From Acidimicrobiia bacterium (lineage in GTDB: Bacteria > Actinomycetota > Acidimicrobiia > IMCC26256 > JACDBD01): a stretch of DNA of 34,004 nucleotides. A program made the translations under genes and the position numbers. Location of the stretch: positions 1 through 34,004 of the forward strand of contig DATFPZ010000150.1 in assembly GCA_035264545.1 (NCBI GenBank). The letters are read 5' to 3'. Under the pieces are notes generated by a model that was not told where the DNA came from, ran no database searches, and saw only the letters and a list, made by a program, of their open reading frames with translations. How positions within the stretch are numbered: the stretch's first letter is position 1; each line of letters begins with the position of its first letter. Positions 7,590 to 14,433 of the stretch are shown one piece after another.

Positions 7590-9128
7590 TCAGCGCGGCC
7601 GGTCGTCGGCGACCGCGGGGAGGTCGCGGACGTCTGTGGCCTTGAGCCACGGGGTGAAGGTCGAGCCGTCCGGATCGACCTGCGTGGCCAGGGACTCGAG
7701 CCGGTCCGACACGTCGATCGGGTTGGTCTGGTTGTCCTTCCCCGATTCCCGCATGCGCTGCTCGTGGTTGCAGTCGTTCGATGCCAAGGGAATCTTCGCC
7801 GTCACGGTGTCGAGGTCGACCTCGGGATCTGGATCGTCGGCGCGGAGGCTGGCGCCGTAGTTGTGGGCGTTCTGGTCGCGTTTGGTGAGGAACCAGTTGT
7901 CGCCGTCGCGTCCGGGCCCTTGCGGGGGTGCGCCGAGGAATCGCCACTCGAGGAAGCGGAGGATCGACGTGTGGTCGTAGAGCGTGTTGTCGACGTAGTT
8001 GCGGGGCGCGTACGGCGAGGCGAGCACCGAGGGAACGCGGAAGCCGAGCTGCCCGAAGTTCTCCTTGTCGTTAGAGCTGGCGCGGTTGTCGGGGACCACC
8101 GGCGGCTTCACGTGGTCGTAGAAACCGCCGTGCTCGTCGTACGTCAGGATGAACGCGCCACGCTGCCACTGCTGTGACCGGACGAACGTCGCGAAGATGG
8201 CTTGGATGAAGCGCTGGCCGAGGGTGATGTCGCCCTGGGGGTGGTCGTCAGTCCGGAACGGCGTGGCCATGCCGGGCGTGATGAACGTGACGGCCGGGAG
8301 GGTGCCGGCGGAGGCGTCGTACCAGAACTGATCCAACGATCGGATGTAGGGCCGCATCCGCTCGCCCCAGATCGCCGCGACGGGGACGTTGATGAAGTAC
8401 TCGCGAGCCTCGACACCCGCCCTTGTGAGGCGGTCGAAGATGTTCTCGGAGCTGTACGCGCCGACGTCGAGCGGCTTGGGGCTGGTCTTGAAGCCTTCGG
8501 ACTGCGCGGAATACATGTACTGACGGTTCGGCCACGTCGGGCCCAGCAGCGAGGCATGGTGGCGGTCCATCACCGTGAACCGGCGCGCCATGCTCGACTG
8601 CACTGGGATGTCGTCGCCGAGGTAGTAGCCGGTGGCGAAACGGTCGTTGCCGGTGCCGGCGCCGAGGAAGCCGAGGTCGCGCTGCTTCCGGCTCGAGCCC
8701 CAACCGTGCCCGGGGTCGTTGTGCAGGCAGCCGCGGAACGGGTTGGGCTCGTCGCCGAGCTTGGCGATGTGCGTGGTGGGGACCTTGTTCCCGGACAGGT
8801 CGCGGTAGTGCATGTCGATGGTGCCGTCGACCGAGAAGTCCTTGCCGTAGAGGCGGCGGCCCTCGTCGAGGTACTGCTGGTCGGTGCCCAGGTGACCGAA
8901 GTAGTGATCGAACGACCGATTCTCCATCGTGAGCACCAGGATCGTGTCGATCGGGCACTCGGACGCCGGCGAATTCAGGATGCTGTTGGCCGGTACGTGC
9001 GGTCCGCCGACCGTGGGAGCGCGCGACAAAGCACTCGAGGAGCTTCCGAACCCGAGGAGACCGGGGCCACCGATGGCCGCCGCGCCTCCCACGAGGCCAG
9101 CGGTCCGGAGAAATTCGCGTCGGTTCAT
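7590..9128 (-). CDS. Tat-signal secreted phosphoesterase family protein (PLC/AcpA type), copy 3
   Basis: ATG 9128 (MNRREFLR) is preferred over the TTG at 9149. Signature ILVLTMENRSFDHYFG and the same downstream blocks as copies 1 and 2. There is no Cys in the signal peptide (LLGFGSS), so it is not a lipoprotein. Confidence 0.85.
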   Translation of the reverse strand: MNRREFLRTAGLVGGAAAIGGPGLLGFGSSSSALSRAPTVGGPHVPANSILNSPASECPIDTILVLTMENRSFDHYFGHLGTDQQYLDEGRRLYGKDFSVDGTIDMHYRDLSGNKVPTTHIAKLGDEPNPFRGCLHNDPGHGWGSSRKQRDLGFLGAGTGNDRFATGYYLGDDIPVQSSMARRFTVMDRHHASLLGPTWPNRQYMYSAQSEGFKTSPKPLDVGAYSSENIFDRLTRAGVEAREYFINVPVAAIWGERMRPYIRSLDQFWYDASAGTLPAVTFITPGMATPFRTDDHPQGDITLGQRFIQAIFATFVRSQQWQRGAFILTYDEHGGFYDHVKPPVVPDNRASSNDKENFGQLGFRVPSVLASPYAPRNYVDNTLYDHTSILRFLEWRFLGAPPQGPGRDGDNWFLTKRDQNAHNYGASLRADDPDPEVDLDTVTAKIPLASNDCNHEQRMRESGKDNQTNPIDVSDRLESLATQVDPDGSTFTPWLKATDVRDLPAVADDRPR

Positions 9129-9136
9129 CCTGCCCC

Positions 9137-9156
9137 ACTCGTTGAGCAAAACGAGT
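9137..9156. promoter_or_regulatory. 7-6-7 perfect inverted repeat ACTCGTT-GAGCAA-AACGAGT just upstream of phosphoesterase copy 3
   Basis: Read directly. It lies 9-28 nt upstream of ATG 9128 in a locally AT-richer 67-nt spacer. On the minus strand a TANNNT hexamer (TAGACT, 9159-9154) overlaps its upstream arm by 3 nt. Confidence 0.4.
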
Positions 9157-9195
9157 CTATTCGTGCAGGTTGCCCCAATGGGCGCGGCCGGCCGC

Positions 9196-9879
9196 TCACG
9201 GGAGCGGGTCGGCGGCCTGCCGGCGCTCGTACGCCCGCTCGCCGAAGTACTCGGTCGCCCGGTCGAGGTCGATCATCACGAACAGGCCCTCGGCTTCGGC
9301 GGTGACGCTGTCGTCGACCGTGAGCGTCCCGCGGGTCACGACGCGCCGTCCGTCGACCTGGTCGGTCCACCCTTCGAACACCATCGGGCGATGCAGGGGA
9401 GTAGGGCGTCGGTAGCGGATGCTCAACCGTCCGGTCATCCCGGGATGACCGCTGCTGATGTTCGCCATGCCGAGGATCTCGTCGAAGCCGAGCGCGATCC
9501 ATCCGCCGTGCACGTAGCCGGGTGGGCCTTCGTAGGCGGCGTTGAAGACGCCGCGGCCGAACAGCCGGCCGTCGCGATACTCGTACTCGACCGGCGGCGC
9601 GAGCGGGCTCACGATCCCGACGAGCGGGCTCCGAGGCAGGTAGTCGTCGTGCGACTCCTCGGCGCGGGAACGCACGCCCGACGGGTGGGTGCCCAGCTCG
9701 CCCCGGCCGTGCAGCTGCGTCGCGATTCGTTCGACCTTCTCGGCCGCGGTCGCGAGCTGCTCCGACGACGCGTCCTCGGCCGTGAGGGTCGCGTCGACGA
9801 GGTGTCGAACCGCCTCGGCCAGACGAACGCGCCCTTTCGTGACGAAGGTGTCGCCGGGTGCAGGCCCTTCCGGCTCCAT
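9196..9879 (-). CDS. PaaI/hotdog-fold thioesterase with an N-terminal extension
   Basis: ATG 9879 (MEPEGPAPGD...) shares one base with the TGA of the upstream gene (TGATG on the minus strand). Hotdog core: YVHGGWIALGFDEILGMA...GRLSIRYRRPTPL...AEAEGLFV. Confidence 0.7.
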   Translation of the reverse strand: MEPEGPAPGDTFVTKGRVRLAEAVRHLVDATLTAEDASSEQLATAAEKVERIATQLHGRGELGTHPSGVRSRAEESHDDYLPRSPLVGIVSPLAPPVEYEYRDGRLFGRGVFNAAYEGPPGYVHGGWIALGFDEILGMANISSGHPGMTGRLSIRYRRPTPLHRPMVFEGWTDQVDGRRVVTRGTLTVDDSVTAEAEGLFVMIDLDRATEYFGERAYERRQAADPLP

Positions 9880-10691
9880 CACCTGCCCTTGTAGCTCGGC
9901 GGGCGCTTCTCTGCGAACGCGCGCGGGCCCTCCTTGGCGTCCTCGCTCGCGAAGACCTCCCAGCCGATCTTGTCCTGGATCTGCATGGCCTCGATGTCCG
10001 GAAGACCCTCGGTCTCGCGCCACGCTCGCAGGATGGCCTGGCAGGCGAGGGGTCCGTTCGCCGCCACGTGGTCGGCGACGGCGCGGGCGGCGGCGAGCGC
10101 GTGGCCTTCAGGCACGACCCGGCTGATCAGGCCGAGCTCGAGCGCCTCGTGCGCCGGGATGGGCCGGCACGTGAGGAGGATGTCCATCGCGCGGGCGTAC
10201 GGGATCTGGCGGGGCAGGCGCACGGCAGATCCACCGAGCGGGAAGAGCGCACGCTTCGCTTCCCACACGCCGAACGTGGCGGTGTCGGCGGCGACGCGCA
10301 GGTCGGTCCCCTGGAGCATCTCGGTACCGCCGGCGACCGCATAGCCCTCGACCGCCGCGACGAGCGGTTTCGACAACCGGTAATCGCGTAGCAGCGCCTT
10401 CCAATGGAGATTCGGCTCCTCGGCCAGGCGCGACCGCACGTGCTCGCTGTCCGACGGCTTCGACATCGCCTTCAGGTCCGCGCCGGAGGAGAAGTGTCCG
10501 GCGGCACCGGTGAGGATCGCGACCCGCACCTCGGGCTCGCGGTCGATGTAGTCGAACCCGTCGGCGAGTCCCACGAGCATGTCGGGGCTGAGGGCGTTGC
10601 GCGCCTCGGGCCGGTCCATCGTGAGGATCACGAGGTGCCCGTCGCGCTCGACGCGGCAGTGCTTGGTACTCAGGTCGAGCAGCTCGGGCAT
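9879..10691 (-). CDS. enoyl-CoA hydratase/isomerase (crotonase) family protein
   Basis: ILTMDRPEARNAL, ILTGAAGHFSSGADLK, AAVEGYAVAGGTEMLQGTDLRVAA and the C-terminal EGPRAFAEKRPP are classic crotonase blocks. GAGGTG lies 6 nt upstream of ATG 10691. Confidence 0.85.
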   Translation of the reverse strand: MPELLDLSTKHCRVERDGHLVILTMDRPEARNALSPDMLVGLADGFDYIDREPEVRVAILTGAAGHFSSGADLKAMSKPSDSEHVRSRLAEEPNLHWKALLRDYRLSKPLVAAVEGYAVAGGTEMLQGTDLRVAADTATFGVWEAKRALFPLGGSAVRLPRQIPYARAMDILLTCRPIPAHEALELGLISRVVPEGHALAAARAVADHVAANGPLACQAILRAWRETEGLPDIEAMQIQDKIGWEVFASEDAKEGPRAFAEKRPPSYKGR

Positions 10692-10725
10692 CGATGCACC
10701 TCGGGTCGTCGGGGGCGGCAGAAAC

Positions 10726-10739
10726 TAGAACGGATTCTA
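10726..10739. promoter_or_regulatory. KstR-like operator TAGAACGGATTCTA
   Basis: Matches 13 of 14 positions of the palindrome TAGAAC-NN-GTTCTA (KstR consensus TnnAACnnGTTnnA; only position 9 differs). It lies in the 80-nt divergent spacer between the crotonase gene and the P450 gene. On the minus strand it contains TAGAAT, a -10-like hexamer. Confidence 0.5.
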
Positions 10740-10758
10740 ACTGGGCCCGATTCGTGGC

Positions 10759-10764
10759 TAGATT
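10759..10764 (+). promoter_or_regulatory. -10-like hexamer TAGATT, 7 nt upstream of the P450 ATG (leaderless transcript suspected)
   Basis: The TANNNT hexamer ends 7 nt before ATG 10772, and there is no Shine-Dalgarno sequence in between. Leaderless mRNAs are frequent in actinobacteria. Confidence 0.4.
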
Positions 10765-10771
10765 TACCCGA

Positions 10772-12010
10772 ATGCGCATCGCAGACGTCGATCTCGCCGA
10801 CGGCGCGACCTTCCTCTCGGGTCCGCCCCACGGCTACTTCGACTTCCTCCGGCGCGAGCATCCGGTCGCCTGGGTCGACCACGTCGAGGCCGACGGCCCC
10901 GGCTTCTGGGCCCTGACGAGATGGGACGACGTCATGGCGGTCGAGCGCGACCCCGAGACGTTCTCGTCGTACGAGGGCGGCGCTTTCATCGGTCCGGTCG
11001 ACGAGGGGACGCGGTTGATGCTCATCAACCAGGACCCGCCTCGGCACACCCGGCTCCGCCAGCTCGTGAGCCGCATGTTCACGCCCCGGCACATCAGATC
11101 GATCGAAGAGAAGGTGCGCGCGGCGGCGAAGGAGATCGTGGACCGCGCCGCGCCACAGGGTGAGATCGACTTCGTGACCGAGGTCGCGGCCGACCTACCC
11201 CTCATCGTGATCGCCGAGCTGATCGGCGTCCCGCAGGAGGACCGCCACAAGGTCTTCGAATGGTCGAACCGGATGGTGGGGGCCGAGGACCCCGAGTACG
11301 GGGCCGACGGCGACGTCCAGGAGGTCGCAGCCGAGCTCTACGCGTACGCGCAGAGCCTCGCCGACGAACGCCTGGCCGACCCGGGCGAGGACATCGTCAC
11401 CCTGCTCCTGACCGGCGAGGTCGACGGCGAGAAGCTCACGGTCCTGGAGTTCAACGTCTTCTTCCTCCTGCTGGCGGTGGCCGGCAACGAGACGACCCGC
11501 AACCTGATCACGGGCGGGACGCTCGCGCTCCTCGAGCACGACGACCAGCGCGTGCAGTTCCTGCGCCAGCCCGACGTGCTCGCGCCGTCGGTGGAGGAGA
11601 TGCTCCGCTACGTCAGCCCTGTCAACTACTTCCGCCGCACCGCGACGCGTGACACCGAGATCCGGGACGTCCAGATCAACGCGGGCGACAAGGTCACCCT
11701 GTGGTATCCCGCGGCCAACCGGGACCCCGACCAGTTCCCGGACCCGCACACGTTCGACATCGACCGCCAGCCGAACGAGCACGTCGCCTTCGGCGGCCGC
11801 GGCCCCCACTTCTGTCTCGGCGCCAACCTCGCACGGTACGAGATCAACTGCATGTTCGAGGAGCTGCGCCGGATCCTGCCCGACATGGAGCTCACCGGCC
11901 CCGTCGAACGGCTGCACATGAACCTCATCAACGGCATCAAGCACATGCCAGTGCGGTTCTCGAAAACCCATGAGGGCGGAGTTCGCCGGTCACCCCGATC
12001 TGCCCCCTGA
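10772..12010 (+). CDS. cytochrome P450, CYP125/CYP124-like (sterol or lipid terminal hydroxylase type)
   Basis: Heme loop FGGRGPHFCLGANLA, I-helix LLAVAGNETTRN, EEMLRY (ExxR), and the C-terminal ERLHMNLINGIKHMPVRF, which resembles the CYP125 tail. ATG 10772 is chosen over the upstream ATG 10694. Confidence 0.85.
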   Translation: MRIADVDLADGATFLSGPPHGYFDFLRREHPVAWVDHVEADGPGFWALTRWDDVMAVERDPETFSSYEGGAFIGPVDEGTRLMLINQDPPRHTRLRQLVSRMFTPRHIRSIEEKVRAAAKEIVDRAAPQGEIDFVTEVAADLPLIVIAELIGVPQEDRHKVFEWSNRMVGAEDPEYGADGDVQEVAAELYAYAQSLADERLADPGEDIVTLLLTGEVDGEKLTVLEFNVFFLLLAVAGNETTRNLITGGTLALLEHDDQRVQFLRQPDVLAPSVEEMLRYVSPVNYFRRTATRDTEIRDVQINAGDKVTLWYPAANRDPDQFPDPHTFDIDRQPNEHVAFGGRGPHFCLGANLARYEINCMFEELRRILPDMELTGPVERLHMNLINGIKHMPVRFSKTHEGGVRRSPRSAP

Positions 12011-12068
12011 CACGTTCCTCTCCCGGCGCGACACTGGCTTTCGGGTGGCCATGAAAGGGGGGGACGCT

Positions 12069-12320
12069 ATGAGACTCTCAATCCGACTTGGCGTTGGGAC
12101 AGCCCTCGTGGCCGGTGCGCTAGCTCTAGGAGCCGGCCCGGCTCTGGCCGATGCCGGCGCACCCGGAACAACGTTTCCGGAGCAACCACCGCCCGCTGGC
12201 TGCGAGCCCGTCACGACGAATCCCGGTACGGGTACCGGTGGCACGTCGAGCCTTCACTTGTCGGACACTGCGGCAAACATCCAGGCCGGGCTCATAGTGG
12301 ACGCCTGCTTCGGCGGTTAA
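12069..12320 (+). CDS. small secreted protein (83 aa; Sec signal peptide, two Cys) with atypical codon usage; coding status uncertain
   Basis: ATG 12069 lies 5 nt after a G7 run (12057-12063) that can act as an SD. Signal peptide MRLSIRLGVGTALVAGALALGAGPALA/DAG. By my count 29 of 83 codons end in A/T, against almost none in the neighbours. TAA stop. Confidence 0.4.
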   Translation: MRLSIRLGVGTALVAGALALGAGPALADAGAPGTTFPEQPPPAGCEPVTTNPGTGTGGTSSLHLSDTAANIQAGLIVDACFGG

Positions 12321-12451
12321 CACACTTGCGACCTCGGCGGCGGTAACGCCCGCGACGAGCAGGGCGATGATGGGGGTGCCGCGGCGAACGAGGAGCATCA
12401 GAGCTCGAGGATCGGCGAAGAAGTGGAGCGTACCGGCTCGATCGTCGTCGA

Positions 12452-13156
12452 TCAGGCGGGTTGACGCGTCCGAACGAGCTCGACCACGTCGAGCAGTGAG
12501 GAGACGCGCTCGACGTCGAGATCGGAATGGAAGTCGTATGGGTCCACGAGGACGGGGCGCACGCGGGCGGCGCGGGCGCCGTCGACGTCGGCGCCGGGCG
12601 TATCGCCCACGTGGATGGCGTGCGCGGCCGGCACCGCGAGCGCCTCGAGCGCCATCTCGAAGATGCGCGGGTCCGGTTTGGCGACGCCGATTACGGTCGA
12701 ATCGAAGATCGCCCCCACCGTCGCACCTCGCCCCGGCCCGACTTGGCAGACGGCGTCGTCCCGCAAGCGCTGCTCGGCGTTCCCGTCCGCGTTCGACACG
12801 ATCGCGAGCCGAACTCCGAGCGCGCCCAGCCTCCGGAGCGCGTCGACAGAACCGTGGACGATGCGGCTCCATACCTCGCCGGTGGCGAACTCGTTCAGTA
12901 GGTGCTCCACCGCGTCGTCGAGCGCGTCGTCCGGCGCGTCGCATGCCCGCGCGTAGGCGCGGTTGTACTCCGCCCAGATCTCGCGGTCGCCCTCTGTGAA
13001 CTCGGTGAGCGCGGCGACACCGGCGTAGTGCGCGCGGTCGAGTTGGTCGCGGTCGACGCGCACCCCGGCACGTTCGAACGCGCCGACCATGCGGTCGTGG
13101 TCGGGCAGGACCAGCACGCCACCGACGTCGACCAACACGGCTTCGATGGGGGGCAT
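12452..13156 (-). CDS. HAD-superfamily hydrolase
   Basis: Motif I VLVDVGGVL, motif II IVSNAD, motif III/IV KPDPRIF...HVGDTPGADVDGA. 234 aa. Confidence 0.8.
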   Translation of the reverse strand: MPPIEAVLVDVGGVLVLPDHDRMVGAFERAGVRVDRDQLDRAHYAGVAALTEFTEGDREIWAEYNRAYARACDAPDDALDDAVEHLLNEFATGEVWSRIVHGSVDALRRLGALGVRLAIVSNADGNAEQRLRDDAVCQVGPGRGATVGAIFDSTVIGVAKPDPRIFEMALEALAVPAAHAIHVGDTPGADVDGARAARVRPVLVDPYDFHSDLDVERVSSLLDVVELVRTRQPA

Positions 13157-13209
13157 GTCGGCGAAACCCTACCCGGGGTCGGAAAGACGGCCTGGTACGG
13201 TCGTGTTCC

Positions 13210-14385
13210 GTGGAGTTCCGGCGCATCAACGCTCTCCCGCCGTACGTCTTCGCGACGATCGACACGTTGAAGATGGACGCGCGTCGCGCCGGCCATGACG
13301 TCATCGATCTCGGGTTCGGCAATCCCGACATCCCGTCGCCGACGATCGCGGTCGAGAAGCTGTGCGAGGCGGTCCGCAACCCCCGCAACCACCGCTACTC
13401 CGCCAGCCGCGGCATCCCGAAGCTGCGCCTCGCGATCTCGCATCTCTACCGGCGCCGGTTCGGCGTCGAGCTGGACCCCGAGACCCAGGCGTGTACGACG
13501 ATCGGGGCGAAGGAGGGTTACTCGCACCTGATGTGGACCCTGCTCGGCCCGGGCGACGCCGCGCTGGTCCCGAGCCCGTCGTACCCGATCCACATCTGGG
13601 GCCCGATCTTCGCCGGGGCCGAGGTCCGCCACGTCCGCCTCGGCCCCGAGCAGGACTTCTTCGCGAACTTGCTCGAAGAGTGGGAGGAGTCGTGGCCGCG
13701 GCCGCGGGTGATCGTGCTCTCGTTCCCGCACAACCCGACGACGGCGTGCGTCGACCTCGACTTCATGACGCGCATGGTCGAGTTCGCCAAGCAGCACGAC
13801 GTGCTGCTCGTGCACGACTTCGCGTACGCCGACCTCGGCTACGACGGGTACGAGCCGCCCTCGATCCTGCAGGTCCCCGGCGCCACCGACGTCGCCGTCG
13901 AGCTGTACACGCTCACGAAGTCGTTCTCGATGGCGGGATGGCGGATGGGATTCCTGGTCGGGAACCAGGAGGTCGTGGCCGCGCTGGGCAAGCTGAAGAG
14001 CTATCTCGACTACGGCACCTTCCAGCCCATTCAGATCGCGTCGATCGTCGCCATGAACGAGGCGCCCGACTATCCGCTCGCGGTGAACGCGGTCTACCGC
14101 GGCCGTCGCGACGCGCTGATCGACGGCCTCGCTCGTTGCGGATGGGAGATCGAGCGACCCTGCGGCACGATGTTCGTCTGGGCTCCGATCCCCGAGCCCT
14201 ACGAGGAGATGGGCAGCCTCGAGTTCGCCAAGATGCTCGTGCCCGAGGCCGGGGTCGCGGTCTCGCCCGGGGTCGGTTTCGGTCCCGGCGGCGAGGGGTT
14301 CGTGCGCTTCGCGCTCGTCGAGAACGAGCAGCGGATCGGTCAGGCTGTCCGCGGCATCCGCCGCGCGCTCACCAAGCTCGGCTGA
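13210..14385 (+). CDS. alaC: PLP-dependent class I aminotransferase, AlaC (YfdZ)-like glutamate-pyruvate aminotransferase
   Basis: GTG 13210. FRRINALPPYVF, DLGFGNPD, SASRGIP.LR.AI, FPHNPT, and the PLP lysine in LTKSFSMAGWRMGF. Collinear with E. coli AlaC as I remember it. Substrate specificity is inference. Confidence 0.7.
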   Translation: MEFRRINALPPYVFATIDTLKMDARRAGHDVIDLGFGNPDIPSPTIAVEKLCEAVRNPRNHRYSASRGIPKLRLAISHLYRRRFGVELDPETQACTTIGAKEGYSHLMWTLLGPGDAALVPSPSYPIHIWGPIFAGAEVRHVRLGPEQDFFANLLEEWEESWPRPRVIVLSFPHNPTTACVDLDFMTRMVEFAKQHDVLLVHDFAYADLGYDGYEPPSILQVPGATDVAVELYTLTKSFSMAGWRMGFLVGNQEVVAALGKLKSYLDYGTFQPIQIASIVAMNEAPDYPLAVNAVYRGRRDALIDGLARCGWEIERPCGTMFVWAPIPEPYEEMGSLEFAKMLVPEAGVAVSPGVGFGPGGEGFVRFALVENEQRIGQAVRGIRRALTKLG

Positions 14386-14411
14386 GAGGCGGCGCTTGCG
14401 ACGCTCTGCCT

Positions 14412-14433
14412 GCTACTTCCCGGCTACTTCCCG
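14412..14433. repeat. perfect 11-bp tandem duplication GCTACTTCCCG x2 spanning the tetR stop codon
   Basis: Read directly: 14412-14422 equals 14423-14433. The CTA in each copy (14413-14415, 14424-14426) is a TAG stop on the minus strand. Confidence 0.9.

Larger units (their letters stand above)
4462..9149 (-). repeat. tandem array of three paralogous phosphoesterase genes (unit about 1.56 kb)
   Basis: Three co-directional ORFs have the same domain order. Spacers are 33 nt (6001-6033) and 19 nt (7571-7589). Copies 2 and 3 share long identical runs, e.g. the 29 nt at 6482-6510 equal 8044-8072. Confidence 0.9.

Noticed and set aside
6001-9195. Phosphate-regulon (PHO box-like direct repeat) sites upstream of the phosphoesterase genes.
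   Set aside because: I could not find GTTCACC-type 11-nt direct repeats in 9129-9195, 7571-7589 or 6001-6033. Only the ACTCGTT-N6-AACGAGT palindrome stands out.
5425-9305. Long plus-strand ORFs (5425-6831, 8202-9305 and others) antisense to the phosphoesterase genes.
   Set aside because: They have no recognisable motifs and their composition is typical of antisense GC-rich frames. The minus-strand frames carry the conserved MENRSFDHY and other family blocks in all three copies.
10772-12320. The P450 plus the adjacent small peptide as a P450-modified RiPP cluster (biarylitide/atropitide style).
   Set aside because: The P450 has CYP125-like features and sits behind a KstR-type box. The peptide carries a normal Sec signal peptide rather than a RiPP leader. 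No other RiPP maturation or export genes are nearby.
12126-12398. A 91-codon minus-strand ORF antisense to the small secreted-peptide ORF.
   Set aside because: It has no SD and no recognisable fold, and only its first 23 codons (in the spacer) look GC3-rich. It is not excluded, since the pocket is ambiguous, but the plus-strand ORF has the better start context and a canonical signal peptide.
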